Below, piece after piece: positions 45,907 to 56,741 of a stretch of 64,000 nt of DNA. A model generated the notes under the pieces. It did no database searches, was not told the DNA's origin, and saw only the letters and a list, made by a program, of their open reading frames with translations. Source of the stretch: Alphaproteobacteria bacterium (GTDB lineage: Bacteria > Pseudomonadota > Alphaproteobacteria > GCA-2731375). A program made the translations under genes and the position numbers. How positions within the stretch are numbered: position 1 is the first letter of the stretch; the number at the start of each line of letters is the position of its first letter. Location: assembly GCA_016869175.1 (NCBI GenBank), contig VGEV01000001.1, positions 1,476 through 65,475 of the forward strand, written 5' to 3'.

Positions 45907-48171
45907 TTGCGATACGCTGCGGCAGCCTTGGCGGTGCTTCTGCTGCTGCTTGTGGCCGCCGGTCAAGCGGCGGCGCAGCGCACCGTCGTTTCCGAGATCG
46001 CCGTACAGGGCAATCAGCGTATCGAGGCGGAAACGGTGCGCTCCTACATGCTGATCGCGCCCGGCGACTTGCTGGACGTCGGCAAGGTCGACGCCTCGCT
46101 GAAGGCGTTGTTCGCGACCGGCCTGTTCGCCGACGTGACCATGCGCCAGCAAGGCAACGCCCTGGTCGTGTCGGTGGTGGAGAACCCGATCATCAACCGC
46201 CTGGCGTTCGAGGGCAACCGCCGCATCCAGGACAAGGTCCTGGAGCAGGAGGTGCAGCTGCGCCCGCGCACCGTCTATACCCGCAGCCGCGTGCAAGGCG
46301 ATGTGCAGCGCATCCTGCAGCTCTATCGCCGCAGCGGGCGGTTTGCCGCCACGGTCGAACCCAAGGTCATCCAGTTGCCGCAGAACCGCGTCGACCTGGT
46401 GTTCGAGATCAACGAGGGCGGGCTGACCGGCATCCGCAAGATCGACTTCATCGGCAACCGCGCGTTCAGCGACAGCCGGTTGCGCGAGGCGATCGCCACG
46501 AAGGAGTCGGCTTGGTATCGCTTCCTGTCGAGCGATGACAGCTACGACCCCGACCGCCTGACGCTGGACCGCGAGCTGCTGCGCAAATACTACCTGTCCC
46601 GGGGCTACGCCGATTTCCGGGTGAGCTCGGCGGTGGCTGAACTGACGCCGGACCGGCGGGATTTCTTCGTCACCTTCGCCGTCGAGGAGGGCCAGCTCTA
46701 TCGCTTCGGCAAGATCGACCTGCAGACCACGCTGAACAACGCCGACATCGGCCTGTTGAAGGGTGTGCTGAAGAGTGTGCCCGGCGCCGTCTACAACGCC
46801 GAGCAGGTGGAACAGTCGGTCGAGGATCTGACCTTCGAATTGGGCCGGCAGGGCTATGCCTTTGTCGATGTCACGCCGCGGGTCAGTCGGCAGCGCGACG
46901 GCCTGGTGATCGACATCGTCTATGAGGTGGCCGAAGGGCCCAGGGTCTATGTCGAGCGGATCAACATCACCGGCAACGTGCGCACGCTCGACAAGGTGGT
47001 TCGGCGGGAGTTCCGCCTGGTGGAAGGCGACGCGTTCAACGCGGCCAAGCTGCGCCGTTCGCGCCAGCGCATCCGCAGCCTTGGATTTTTCGAGAAGGTG
47101 GACGTCGCGCAGCAGCCGGGCAGCGCGCCGGACCGCGTTGTCATCAACGCCGACGTGCAGGAGCGCTCGACTGGCGAACTGAGCTTCGGCGCCGGCTTCT
47201 CCACCGCCGAGAACGTCGTCGGCGACGTGCAGATTCGCGAGCGCAACCTGCTGGGTCGTGGCCAGGACCTGCGGATCGGCCTGTCGATCTCCAGTATCCG
47301 CCAGCAGGTCGACATCGCCTTCACCGAGCCATACTTTCTCGACCGCGACCTGTCCGCCGGCTTCGACCTGTTCAACATCCGCCGTGACCTGCAGCGCCGC
47401 AGCCGGTTCGACGAGACATCGCGGGGCGGGCGGTTGCGCAGCGGCTTCGCGTTGACCGAGAACCTGCGCAGCAACGTGCGCTATACCCTGCGCGACGTGG
47501 AGATCAGCAACATCCGGTTGGAAACCTCCGATCTGATCCGACGCGAAGAAGGGTCGGAGCTGACCTCCGCGGTCGGATACGAACTCGTCTACGACCTGCG
47601 TGACGATCGCATCGAGCCCAGCAGCGGCTGGATCGTGCGTTTCGGGCAGGAGTTCGCCGGCCTGGGCGGCGACGTGCTCTATATCCAGAATACCACGGGC
47701 TGGAGCTATTATTATCCCTTCACCCCCGAGGTGGTTGGCAACCTGTCGATCCGCGGCGGATATATCGACGGCCTGGGCGAGGACATATCGGTCACCAACC
47801 GTTTCTTTCTCGGCGGCGATGCCTTCCATGGCTTCCGCAATGGCGGGGTGGGTCCGCGCGACCGGGTGACCGGGGATTCGATCGGCGGCAATGTGTTCTA
47901 CCTGGGGGCGGTGGAGCTGCGCTTCCCCATCGGCCTGGCGCGCGAGCTTGGCATCAATGGCCGGCTGTTCACGGAGATCGGCGCCGTGACCGACGTCGAT
48001 GCGAGCAGCCCCAACCTGCAGGACACCAAGGACCCGCGGGTCAGCATCGGCACGGGGCTGACCTGGCGCTCGCCGTTCGGCCCCATTCGCGTGGACGTGG
48101 CGACACCAGTGGTGAAAGAGCCCTTCGACCGGAAAGAGATCTTTCGCTTCAGCTTTGGCACGAGGTTCTGA
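45907..48171 (+). CDS. bamA: Outer membrane protein assembly factor BamA
   Basis: Signal peptide. POTRA repeats. C-terminal beta-barrel ending ...FRFSFGTRF. TTG start. Confidence 0.93.
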   Translation: MRYAAAALAVLLLLLVAAGQAAAQRTVVSEIAVQGNQRIEAETVRSYMLIAPGDLLDVGKVDASLKALFATGLFADVTMRQQGNALVVSVVENPIINRLAFEGNRRIQDKVLEQEVQLRPRTVYTRSRVQGDVQRILQLYRRSGRFAATVEPKVIQLPQNRVDLVFEINEGGLTGIRKIDFIGNRAFSDSRLREAIATKESAWYRFLSSDDSYDPDRLTLDRELLRKYYLSRGYADFRVSSAVAELTPDRRDFFVTFAVEEGQLYRFGKIDLQTTLNNADIGLLKGVLKSVPGAVYNAEQVEQSVEDLTFELGRQGYAFVDVTPRVSRQRDGLVIDIVYEVAEGPRVYVERINITGNVRTLDKVVRREFRLVEGDAFNAAKLRRSRQRIRSLGFFEKVDVAQQPGSAPDRVVINADVQERSTGELSFGAGFSTAENVVGDVQIRERNLLGRGQDLRIGLSISSIRQQVDIAFTEPYFLDRDLSAGFDLFNIRRDLQRRSRFDETSRGGRLRSGFALTENLRSNVRYTLRDVEISNIRLETSDLIRREEGSELTSAVGYELVYDLRDDRIEPSSGWIVRFGQEFAGLGGDVLYIQNTTGWSYYYPFTPEVVGNLSIRGGYIDGLGEDISVTNRFFLGGDAFHGFRNGGVGPRDRVTGDSIGGNVFYLGAVELRFPIGLARELGINGRLFTEIGAVTDVDASSPNLQDTKDPRVSIGTGLTWRSPFGPIRVDVATPVVKEPFDRKEIFRFSFGTRF

Positions 48172-48722
48172 TGCGTGGATTGCGGATCGTGGCGCTGGCG
48201 CTGGGCCTGATCGGCGTCGGGCTGCCGACGGCGGCGCAGCAGAGGCTGGCCCCGGCGGCGATTGCCGTGCTGGACTTCCAGCGCGTGTTGCGGGAATCCG
48301 CGGCCGGGGCGGATATCCGCCGGCAGATGGAGGGGCTCCGCAAGCGGCTGCAGGATGACGTCGCCAAGGAGGAGCAGGGCTTGAAGGCGGCGGAACAGTC
48401 GCTGCTGGAGCGGCGGGCGCAAGTCAGCCGGGAACAGTTCGAGGACGCAAGGCGCGACCTGGAGCGTCGCATGGTTGACGCGCAGCGGCGGGCGCAGGAT
48501 CAGGCGCGCGATCTGGATCGCAGCTTCAACGGTGCCGCGGTCCAGGTGCAGGCGGCATTGGTGCCGATCGTGCAGGATCTGGCGCGGGCGAACGGCTTCA
48601 GCCTGGTGATCGACAAGTCGCAAGCCTTGGTGGTCTCGAACGCGGTCGACCTGACCGGGCCGGCGATCCAGCAACTGAACCAGCGGCTGCCGGCGGTGAA
48701 GGTCGTCCCGCCGGCCAACTGA
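48171..48722 (+). CDS. OmpH/Skp-family periplasmic chaperone
   Basis: Signal peptide plus coiled-coil Lys/Arg/Glu-rich body. Conserved position between bamA and lpxD. Confidence 0.85.
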   Translation: MRGLRIVALALGLIGVGLPTAAQQRLAPAAIAVLDFQRVLRESAAGADIRRQMEGLRKRLQDDVAKEEQGLKAAEQSLLERRAQVSREQFEDARRDLERRMVDAQRRAQDQARDLDRSFNGAAVQVQAALVPIVQDLARANGFSLVIDKSQALVVSNAVDLTGPAIQQLNQRLPAVKVVPPAN

Positions 48723-48723
48723 G

Positions 48724-49749
48724 ATGGCCGATCCGCGCTTCTTCCCTCGCCAGGGGCCGTTTGCGTTGGGGCAACTGGCCGCGTTGTCGGGCTGCCGGCT
48801 CGAAGGCGAGGCCGAGCGTCGGATCAGCGATGTCGCGCCGCTGGAAACCGCGAGGGCGGACGAACTGACCTTCTTCGACAACCCGGCCTACCGCAAGGCA
48901 TTCCAGGCCTCCGGCGCGGGCGCCTGCGTGTTGGCCGAGCGTGAGCGTCGGCGGGCCCCCGCCGGGATGGCGCTGTTGCTGAGCGAGCAGCCCTACCGCG
49001 CCTTCGCCCTGATCGCCCAGGCGTTCTATCCGGCCGCGCCGCCGGCGGCCGCGATCTCGCCGCTGGCCGATATCTCGCCGCTCGCCAGGCTGGGCGCGGA
49101 CTGCGCGGTAGGTCCCTTCACCACCATCGCCGCCGGAGCGGAGATTGGCGAGGGCTGCCGCATCGGCCCGGGCTGCCAGATCGGCGCCAATGTCGGCATC
49201 GGCCGCCATTCGGTATTGGATGCCGCGGTTACCGTCAGTCACGCGCTGATCGGCGAGCGGGTGCGGCTTTATCCCGGCGTGCGGATCGGCCAGGACGGCT
49301 TCGGTTTCGCCGCCGACCCAACGGGTCATGTCAAGATGCCTCAGCTCGGTCGCGTGCTGATCGGCGACAGCTGCGAGATCGGCGCCAACAGCACGATCGA
49401 CCGTGGCTCGCTTAACGACACGGTGATCGGCGAGGGTTGCTGGATTGATAATCTGGTACAGATTGGGCACAACGTCCGTCTGGGGCGCGGCTGCATCGTG
49501 GTGGCGCAGGTTGGCATTGCCGGCAGCACGCGGCTGGGCGATTTCGTCGCCCTGGGCGGCCAGGCGGCACTGGCGGGGCATTTGCGTATCGGGGCCGGAG
49601 CGCAGATCGCGGCACAGGCGGGTGTGATGAACGATGTTCCGGCCGGCGCCCGATTTGGCGGTACGCCCGCCCGGCCGTTGCGGCAATTTCTCAAGGAGAC
49701 GGCATTGTTGCGACGGTTGGCGGCGCGAAAGGGTGGCGGCGATGAATGA
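48724..49749 (+). CDS. lpxD: UDP-3-O-acylglucosamine N-acyltransferase
   Basis: Left-handed beta-helix hexapeptide repeats. Conserved position in lpxD-fabZ-lpxA. Confidence 0.92.
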   Translation: MADPRFFPRQGPFALGQLAALSGCRLEGEAERRISDVAPLETARADELTFFDNPAYRKAFQASGAGACVLAERERRRAPAGMALLLSEQPYRAFALIAQAFYPAAPPAAAISPLADISPLARLGADCAVGPFTTIAAGAEIGEGCRIGPGCQIGANVGIGRHSVLDAAVTVSHALIGERVRLYPGVRIGQDGFGFAADPTGHVKMPQLGRVLIGDSCEIGANSTIDRGSLNDTVIGEGCWIDNLVQIGHNVRLGRGCIVVAQVGIAGSTRLGDFVALGGQAALAGHLRIGAGAQIAAQAGVMNDVPAGARFGGTPARPLRQFLKETALLRRLAARKGGGDE

Positions 49750-50212
49750 CGTGTCCGGGCCATCCGCGGTCGGCAGCGCCGATATCGTCCGGATCATGCG
49801 CATGATACCGCACCGCTATCCCATGTTGATGGTGGACAAGGTGGTGGCGATGACGCCGGGCGAGAAGGCGACCGGCATTAAGAACGTCACCATCAACGAA
49901 CCGCAGTTCCAGGGCCATTTCCCCGGCCAGCCGGTGATGCCCGGCGTGATGATCGTCGAAGCCATGGCGCAGACCGCCGCCGTGCTCGTGGTCCAGACTT
50001 TGGGTCCCAGTGCCGAGGGCAAGCTGGTCTATTTCATGGCCATCGACGATTGCCGCTTCCGCCGGCCGATCGGGCCGGGCGACGTGATGCGGATCGAGGT
50101 GGTCAAGCAGCGGCAGCGCGGCAGCGTCTGGCGGTTTGCCTGCGCGGTCGATGTCGACGATCAGCGCTCGGCCGATGCGGTGATCACCGCGATGATCCTG
50201 GACCACAAGTAG
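49742..50212 (+). CDS. fabZ: 3-hydroxyacyl-[ACP] dehydratase FabZ
   Basis: [11 protein letters not shown]...[22 protein letters not shown]. Confidence 0.93.
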   Translation: MNDVSGPSAVGSADIVRIMRMIPHRYPMLMVDKVVAMTPGEKATGIKNVTINEPQFQGHFPGQPVMPGVMIVEAMAQTAAVLVVQTLGPSAEGKLVYFMAIDDCRFRRPIGPGDVMRIEVVKQRQRGSVWRFACAVDVDDQRSADAVITAMILDHK

Positions 50213-50218
50213 CTGGCG

Positions 50219-51022
50219 ATGGCAACGACCATCCACCCAACCGCCGTGGTCGACCGTAAGGCCGAACTGGGCGATGGCGTGATGATCGGCCCGTTCTGCG
50301 TGGTCGGACCGCATGTCCAGCTGGGCGCGGACGTGCAACTGTTGAGCCACGTGGTGGTCGACGGCCGCACCAGCATCGGTCCGGGCGGCCGGCTATTCGC
50401 CTTTGCCGCGGTCGGCTTGCCGCCGCAGGACATGAAATACCGGGGCGAACCCTCGCGGCTGACGATCGGTGCCAACGTGGTGGTGCGCGAGCACGCGACG
50501 CTGCATCCCGGCACCGCCGACGGCCGCATGCTGACCGAGGTCGGCGACAATTGTCTGTTGATGGCGGGCGCGCATGTCGCGCATGACAGCCAGATTGGCA
50601 ACCATGTCATCCTGGTCAACCAGGCCACCCTGGGCGGCCATGTGCGGATCGACGATCACGCCATCCTGGGCGGCCTGTCGGCGGTGCACCAGTTCGTGCG
50701 GATCGGTAAGCACGCCATGGTCGGCGGCATGTCGGGGGTGGAACAGGACGTCATTCCGTATGGTTCGGTCATGGGCAACCGGGCCCACCTGAGCGGCCTC
50801 AACCTGGTCGGTCTCAAGCGGCGCGGCTTTCCGCGCGACGCGATCCATCAATTGCGGCGTGTCTATCGCTTGCTGTTCGCCGAGGAAGGCACCATGCAGG
50901 AACGGATCACCGACGTGGCGCAGATGTTCCCCGACAACCCGCTGGTCGCCGACATTGTCGAATTCCTGCGCGGCGAGTCGCTGCGTTCGTTCTGTCAGCC
51001 CAAGATCGAGCGTGCGGCCTAA
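50219..51022 (+). CDS. lpxA: Acyl-[ACP]--UDP-N-acetylglucosamine O-acyltransferase
   Basis: IHPTAVVDRKAELGDGVMIGPFCVVGPHV... Confidence 0.93.
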   Translation: MATTIHPTAVVDRKAELGDGVMIGPFCVVGPHVQLGADVQLLSHVVVDGRTSIGPGGRLFAFAAVGLPPQDMKYRGEPSRLTIGANVVVREHATLHPGTADGRMLTEVGDNCLLMAGAHVAHDSQIGNHVILVNQATLGGHVRIDDHAILGGLSAVHQFVRIGKHAMVGGMSGVEQDVIPYGSVMGNRAHLSGLNLVGLKRRGFPRDAIHQLRRVYRLLFAEEGTMQERITDVAQMFPDNPLVADIVEFLRGESLRSFCQPKIERAA

Positions 51023-51842
51023 GCTCGGCATTCTGGCGGGCCGCGGCGAACTGCCAGGGCAACTGGTCCGGAGTTGCCGCAAGGAGGGGCGCCCGTTCTT
51101 CGTCGTCGCGTTCAGGGGCGAGACCGACCCTGCCACGCTGGACGACGCACCGCATGCCTGGGTCGAGGTTTCCGCCGTCGGCCGGGTGCTGGCGCTGTTG
51201 CGCGAGGCGGGCTGCCAGGAGCTCTGCCTGATCGGCCCGGTCGGCCGTCCCGATCTTAGCCGTCTCAGACCAGACAGGCAGGGCATCCGGTTGTTGCCGC
51301 GCATCGCCGCCGCCTTGCGCCGGGGCGACGATGCGCTGATGGCGGTGCTGGTGCGCTTCCTGGAAGAGGAGGGCTTTCGCGTGGTTGGCGCCGAGATGGT
51401 GGCCGACCAGTTGGCCGCGCCGGCCGGCCGGATCGGCCGCCTCTCGCCGTCGCAACGCGACCGGGCCGATATCGCGCGCGCGGTTGAGGTGGTGCGCGCG
51501 CTCGGCCGCCTGGATATCGGGCAGGCGGCCGTGGTGCGCGAGGGGCGCGTGCTGGCGGTGGAGGCGGCCGAGGGCACCGATGCGCTGCTGGCGCGATTGT
51601 TGCCCTGGCGCCCGGCGAGCCCTTCCGGGGTCTTGGTGAAGTTGCCCAAACCCCAGCAGGAACGCCGGGCGGATTTGCCGACCCTGGGTTTGCCGACGGT
51701 CGCCGGGGCCATCGCCGCCGGCCTGTCCGGCATTGCCTGCGAAGCGGGCGGCACGCTGTTGACCGATCGCGCGGCCCTGGCCGCCGCGGCCGACCAGGGC
51801 GGCCTGTTCCTGTATGGCCTCGGCGCGGGCGACGGCCTGTGA
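51012..51842 (+). CDS. lpxI: UDP-2,3-diacylglucosamine pyrophosphatase LpxI (DUF1009)
   Basis: GTG start. [12 protein letters not shown] is the LpxI N-terminal motif. Sits between lpxA and lpxB as in alphaproteobacteria. Confidence 0.8.
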   Translation: MRPKLGILAGRGELPGQLVRSCRKEGRPFFVVAFRGETDPATLDDAPHAWVEVSAVGRVLALLREAGCQELCLIGPVGRPDLSRLRPDRQGIRLLPRIAAALRRGDDALMAVLVRFLEEEGFRVVGAEMVADQLAAPAGRIGRLSPSQRDRADIARAVEVVRALGRLDIGQAAVVREGRVLAVEAAEGTDALLARLLPWRPASPSGVLVKLPKPQQERRADLPTLGLPTVAGAIAAGLSGIACEAGGTLLTDRAALAAAADQGGLFLYGLGAGDGL

Positions 51843-53032
51843 CCGCCGACGCCCGCCATGTGATGCTGGTGGCGGGCGAGGCTTCGGGCGATGCCTTGGG
51901 CGCGGAACTCATGACGGCGCTTCTCGGCACGGGCCTGCCGATCCGGTTTTCCGGCGTTGGCGGGCCGGCGATGACCGCCGCCGGTCTCGCCAGCCTGTTT
52001 CCCATGCGCGAGCTGTCGGTGATGGGGCTGCTGGAAGTGCTGCCCCGGGCGCGCGGCCTGCTGCGCCGCATCGCCGAGACCGCGGCCCATGTCCAGGCGA
52101 TGCGGCCCGACATTCTTGTCACCATCGACTCGCCGGGCTTCACCTTCCGCCTGGCGCGGCGGCTGCAAGGGGCCGGTCTGCCGCTGGTCCACTATGTCGC
52201 GCCGCAAGTCTGGGCCTGGCGGCCAGGCCGGGCGAAGCGCATCGCACCGCTGTTCGATCATCTGCTGGCCTTGCTGCCGTTCGAGCCGCCGCTGTTCAGC
52301 CAGCACGGCCTGCCAAGCACCTTCGTCGGACATCCGGTGACGGAGCGGCTGGCGCGGCCGGCGGATGGCGCGGCATTTCGCCGGGAGCTGGCACTGGCGG
52401 CCGACGCGCCGCTGTTGCTGCTGTTGCCGGGCAGCCGGGCGGCCGAGGTTGGCCGGCTGTTGCCCGTGCTGCTCGCGGCCACCCGCCACTTGCAACGGCA
52501 ACTGGTCGGCCTGCGAACCGTTGTCGTCGCCGCACAACCGGTCGAAGCGCTGTTGCGTCAACGGCTGGCGGCCGAGCATCCGTCGCCCCTGCTGTTGCCG
52601 GCGGCGCGTCGACTGGAAGCGTTCGCCGCCGCCGCGGGCGGGCCCGGCGCGGCTCTCGCCGCCTCCGGCACAGCCACCCTGGAATTGGCCCTGGCCGGCG
52701 TGCCCAGCATCGTGACCTACCGCGCGCAGCCGGTTACCGCGCTGATCGCGCGCCGGCTGATCCGGCTCGACTATGTCGGCCTGCCCAACATCCTGTTGGG
52801 CAAGACCGTGCTGCCGGAACTGCTGCAACAGGATTGCCGGGCCGACCTGCTGACAGCGGCCGCCCACGACCTTCTGGCCAAACCAGCCTCGGCCGAGGCG
52901 CAACGTCAAGCCACCCGGCGGTTGTGGGCCATGCTGCGACCGCCCGGTCCGCCGCCTTCTGTCCGTGCCGCCGAGGTCGTGCTAGAGGTGATGCGAGCCG
53001 GTCGCAGACCGCGTCAAGGGAGCCCCCGATGA
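51839..53032 (+). CDS. lpxB: Lipid-A-disaccharide synthase
   Basis: [17 protein letters not shown]... Confidence 0.92.
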   Translation: MTADARHVMLVAGEASGDALGAELMTALLGTGLPIRFSGVGGPAMTAAGLASLFPMRELSVMGLLEVLPRARGLLRRIAETAAHVQAMRPDILVTIDSPGFTFRLARRLQGAGLPLVHYVAPQVWAWRPGRAKRIAPLFDHLLALLPFEPPLFSQHGLPSTFVGHPVTERLARPADGAAFRRELALAADAPLLLLLPGSRAAEVGRLLPVLLAATRHLQRQLVGLRTVVVAAQPVEALLRQRLAAEHPSPLLLPAARRLEAFAAAAGGPGAALAASGTATLELALAGVPSIVTYRAQPVTALIARRLIRLDYVGLPNILLGKTVLPELLQQDCRADLLTAAAHDLLAKPASAEAQRQATRRLWAMLRPPGPPPSVRAAEVVLEVMRAGRRPRQGSPR

Positions 53033-53466
53033 GCCGCACGGAGACCGCGCGCCAGTCAGACGGCAGCGAGGCGCAGGGCGTTCGCCTGCTGCATACCATG
53101 CTGCGGGTGATGGACCTGGACAAGTCGCTGGATTTCTACACCCGGCTTTTGGGCATGAAGTTGCTGCGCCGCAAGGACTACCCAAGCGGCAAGTTCACGC
53201 TGGCTTTCGTCGGCTATGGCGAAGAGAGCGAGCAGGCGGTGTTGGAACTCACGCATAACTGGGGCCGGGCCGAACCCTACGAGCTCGGCACCGCCTATGG
53301 TCACATCGCCATCGCGGTGCCCGACGCGGCCGTCGCCTGCGACCGTCTGTCGCGTGCCGGTGTCAAGATTTCGCGCCCCGCCGGCCCCATGGCGCATGGC
53401 GGCAGCGTGATCGCCTTCGTCGAGGATCCCGACGGCTACCGGATCGAGCTGATCGAACGCAGCTAG
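53029..53466 (+). CDS. gloA: Lactoylglutathione lyase (glyoxalase I)
   Basis: [28 protein letters not shown]...[11 protein letters not shown] overlaps the lpxB stop. Confidence 0.88.
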   Translation: MSRTETARQSDGSEAQGVRLLHTMLRVMDLDKSLDFYTRLLGMKLLRRKDYPSGKFTLAFVGYGEESEQAVLELTHNWGRAEPYELGTAYGHIAIAVPDAAVACDRLSRAGVKISRPAGPMAHGGSVIAFVEDPDGYRIELIERS

Positions 53467-53470
53467 GCCG

Positions 53471-53719
53471 TCACTCGGCCACGCTCAGTCCCACGATCGC
53501 TGCCAGCACGGCCAGCAACGCCAGAACGACCAGGGTCAGCCGCGCCAGCAGCGGCCGCCGGTTTTCGTTCGCCGGCCTGCCCGCCGGGCTGACCCGCATC
53601 CACCCGAACTGCGGCCGGGCCGGAACGCCCGTTTCGGGCGCTGGTCTGCTTCGTTCCGGGCGATGCTCCATCGCCGCGTCCTCTCCACTGCGGAAGTTCC
53701 CGCCGGCTGAGCTTAGCAC
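53471..53719 (-). CDS. Hypothetical small tail-anchored membrane protein
   Basis: 82-aa ORF with C-terminal TM helix LLARLTLVVLALLAVLAAIVGL. No recognisable family. Confidence 0.25.
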   Translation of the reverse strand: MLSSAGGNFRSGEDAAMEHRPERSRPAPETGVPARPQFGWMRVSPAGRPANENRRPLLARLTLVVLALLAVLAAIVGLSVAE

Positions 53720-53801
53720 GCCTCTGGGCGATTGCGATTCTCCGATGGCGTTTCCGGCATTGGTCTGGGCGCCAGGGGGGCCGTGCGCCGCCGGCCGCCG
53801 G

Positions 53802-55118
53802 CTAGCGTCGCTGGTGCAGCGGCAGATAGGGCCGCCGCAGCGCGCCGGTATAGAGCTGGCGCGGGCGGCCGATCTTCTGGTTCGGGTCCTCGATCATCTC
53901 GTTCCACTGCGCCACCCACCCGACCGTGCGCGCGACCGCGAAGATCACCGTGAACATGCTGAGCGGGATGCCGATCGCCCGCATGATGATCCCTGAATAG
54001 AAGTCCACGTTCGGGTAGAGCTTGCGCTGGGCGAAATAGTCGTCCTGCAAGGCGATCCGCTCCAGCTCCATGGCCAGTTTGAGAAGCGGTTCTTCCTTGA
54101 CGCCAAGTTCGTCGAGGACTTCGTGGCAGGTCCGCTGCATGACCTTGGCGCGGGGATCAAAATTCTTGTAGACGCGGTGACCAAAACCCATCAGCCGCGT
54201 GGTGTCGTTCTTGTCCTTCACCCGCTTCAGGAATTCCGGCACGTGCTCGACGCTGCCGATCTCCTGCAACATGTGCAGCACCGCCTCGTTGGCGCCCCCA
54301 TGCGAGGGGCCCCACAGGCAGGCGATGCCGGCGGCGATGCAGGCGAAGGGGTTGGCACCAGAGGAACCCGCCAACCGCACCGTCGAGGTCGAGGCATTCT
54401 GCTCGTGGTCGGCATGCAGCATGAAGATGCGGTCCATGGCCTTGGCCAGAACCGGGTTCACCTTGTAGGATTCGGCCGGCACCGCGAACATCATGTGCAT
54501 GAAGTTCTCGGCGTATTTCAGTTCGTTGCGCGGATACATGAACGGCTGGCCCAGCGAATACTTGTAGGCCATGGCGGCTATGGTCGGCATTTTCGCGATC
54601 ATGCGATAGCTGGCGACCATCCGCTGGTGCGGGTCGTTGATGTCGAGACTGTCGTGATAGAAGGCCGACATGGCGCCGACCACGCCCACCATCACCGCCA
54701 TCGGGTGCGCGTCGCGGCGGAAGCCCCGATAGAGGAACGCCATCTGCTCATGCAGCATGGTGTGGTGCGAGATGTTCCACTCGAACTTGGCTTTCTGCTC
54801 GCGGTTCGGCAGTTCTCCGTTCAGCAGCAGATAGCAGCAATCCATGAAGTCGCTATGCTCGGCCAACTCGTCGATCGAGTAGCCGCGATAGAGCAATTCC
54901 CCGGCATCGCCGTCGATAAAGGTGATCCGGCTCTCGCAACTCGCGGTGGAGGTAAAGCCGGGATCGAAGGTAAACATGCCGGTTTCGGCATAGAGCTTTC
55001 GGACGTCAATCACCTGCGGCCCGGCCGAGCCGCCGGCGACCGGCAGCTTGATGGTCTTGCCGCTGCTGTCGTCGGTCAGCGTGACCGTCTGGTTGGATCG
55101 CGCGCTACGCTCGGCCAT
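53802..55118 (-). CDS. gltA: Citrate synthase
   Basis: [27 protein letters not shown]. 438 aa from MAERSARSN. Confidence 0.95.
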   Translation of the reverse strand: MAERSARSNQTVTLTDDSSGKTIKLPVAGGSAGPQVIDVRKLYAETGMFTFDPGFTSTASCESRITFIDGDAGELLYRGYSIDELAEHSDFMDCCYLLLNGELPNREQKAKFEWNISHHTMLHEQMAFLYRGFRRDAHPMAVMVGVVGAMSAFYHDSLDINDPHQRMVASYRMIAKMPTIAAMAYKYSLGQPFMYPRNELKYAENFMHMMFAVPAESYKVNPVLAKAMDRIFMLHADHEQNASTSTVRLAGSSGANPFACIAAGIACLWGPSHGGANEAVLHMLQEIGSVEHVPEFLKRVKDKNDTTRLMGFGHRVYKNFDPRAKVMQRTCHEVLDELGVKEEPLLKLAMELERIALQDDYFAQRKLYPNVDFYSGIIMRAIGIPLSMFTVIFAVARTVGWVAQWNEMIEDPNQKIGRPRQLYTGALRRPYLPLHQRR

Positions 55119-55209
55119 GCTGGCTTCTCCCCAGTTCACGAACTTTCCGACCTCGGCGCGCACCGCAAGCGATCATGCCGCGCCATCCGATTTCGCTGCC
55201 CCTAACGGC

Positions 55210-56634
55210 TCACCCCGCCGCTGTCAATGGCGCGACCGCCGTCGCGTCGGCCAGACGAGCGAGGGTTTCCTCCCGGCCCAGGGCCGCCATCACTTGGTAG
55301 ATGCCGGGTGAGACGGTGCGGCCGGTCAGGGCGACGCGCAGCGGCTGCGCCACCTTGCCGAGCTTAACGCCCTTTCCATCAACAAAGGCTTTCGTCGCCG
55401 CCTCCAGCCTGGCTTCGCGCCAATCCGGCTCGGCCGCCAACGCTTCGGCCAGACCGGCGAGCAGGCCGGGGGCGTCGCCCTGCAACAGGGCCGCCGCCGC
55501 CGGTTCGACCGCGATCGGCCGACCGGCAACACAGAACCAAGCGCTGTCGGCAAGATCGACCAGGGTCCGGGCGCGCTCCTTCAGGCCCGGCATCGCCGCC
55601 AGCAGCCGGGCCTGGGCAACCGCGTCCGGCTCGCCGCCCAGCCGCTTGGCCAGGCGTGGCAGGACCAGCCCGACCAGTTCGGCATCGGCCGTGTGCCGAA
55701 GGTAATGAGCGTTGACGCTGTCGAGCTTGGCCAGGTCAAAACGCGCCGGTGACTGGCCGACCGCGTCCAAAGCGAACCATGCGATCGCCTGCTCGGTTGC
55801 GATGATCTCGTCGTCGCCATGGCTCCAGCCGAGCCGCAGCAGGTAATTGCGCATGGCGGCCGGGAGGTAGCCCAGTTCGCGATAGTCGAGAACGCTGAGC
55901 GCGCCATGACGCTTGGACAGCTTGGCGCCGTCCGGCCCATAGATCAGCGGAATATGCGCGAACTCCGGCACCGGCCAGTCGAGCGCGTGGTAGATCTGCA
56001 GCTGCCGGGCGGTGTTGGTCAGATGATCGACGCCGCGGATGACGTGCGTAATCTGCATGTCGTGGTCGTCCACCACTACCGCCAGCATGTAGACGGGCGT
56101 ACCATCGCCGCGCAGCAGAACCATGTCGTCGAGATGCGCGTTCTGCACCACGATCTCGCCTTGCACGCGGTCGCGGATCACCGTCTCGCCCTGCCGCGGG
56201 GCCTTGAGGCGTATGGTCGGCTTGATGTCGGCCGGAGCCTCGGCCGGATCGCGGTCGCGCCAGCGGCCGTCATACCGCGATGGCTTGCCCTCGGCCATGG
56301 CGCGCTTGCGCATCTCCTCCAGTTCCGCGGGCGTGCAATAGCAGTGGTAGGCCTTGCCGCTGGCCAGCAATGCGCGCGCGATCTCCGCATGGCGCGGGGC
56401 GCGCTGGAACTGCGAGACCGGCGCGCCATCCCAATCGAGCCCCAGCCAGCGCAGGCCGTCGTAGATCGCCTCAACCGTCGCCTCGGTCGAACGGGCGCGG
56501 TCGGTATCCTCGATGCGCAGGTGGAACCGGCCGCCTGAGTGCTTGGTGAACAGCCAGTTGAACAGGGCCGTGCGCGCGCCGCCAATATGCAGATAGCCGG
56601 TCGGCGAGGGCGCGAAGCGGGTGACGACCGTCAT
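55210..56634 (-). CDS. gltX: Glutamate--tRNA ligase
   Basis: [25 protein letters not shown] (HIGH) and KLSKR (KMSKS-class motif). Confidence 0.94.
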   Translation of the reverse strand: MTVVTRFAPSPTGYLHIGGARTALFNWLFTKHSGGRFHLRIEDTDRARSTEATVEAIYDGLRWLGLDWDGAPVSQFQRAPRHAEIARALLASGKAYHCYCTPAELEEMRKRAMAEGKPSRYDGRWRDRDPAEAPADIKPTIRLKAPRQGETVIRDRVQGEIVVQNAHLDDMVLLRGDGTPVYMLAVVVDDHDMQITHVIRGVDHLTNTARQLQIYHALDWPVPEFAHIPLIYGPDGAKLSKRHGALSVLDYRELGYLPAAMRNYLLRLGWSHGDDEIIATEQAIAWFALDAVGQSPARFDLAKLDSVNAHYLRHTADAELVGLVLPRLAKRLGGEPDAVAQARLLAAMPGLKERARTLVDLADSAWFCVAGRPIAVEPAAAALLQGDAPGLLAGLAEALAAEPDWREARLEAATKAFVDGKGVKLGKVAQPLRVALTGRTVSPGIYQVMAALGREETLARLADATAVAPLTAAG

Positions 56635-56741
56635 GCGGGTCTTGTGGCTCCAGGTCGGGGTCCGGCTGTCTAGCATAGGCGAGAGCAACAGGCGAAGGCG
56701 GGACTGGCGCCGATGCCGGGACCGGTCGAAAATGCAGGGCC

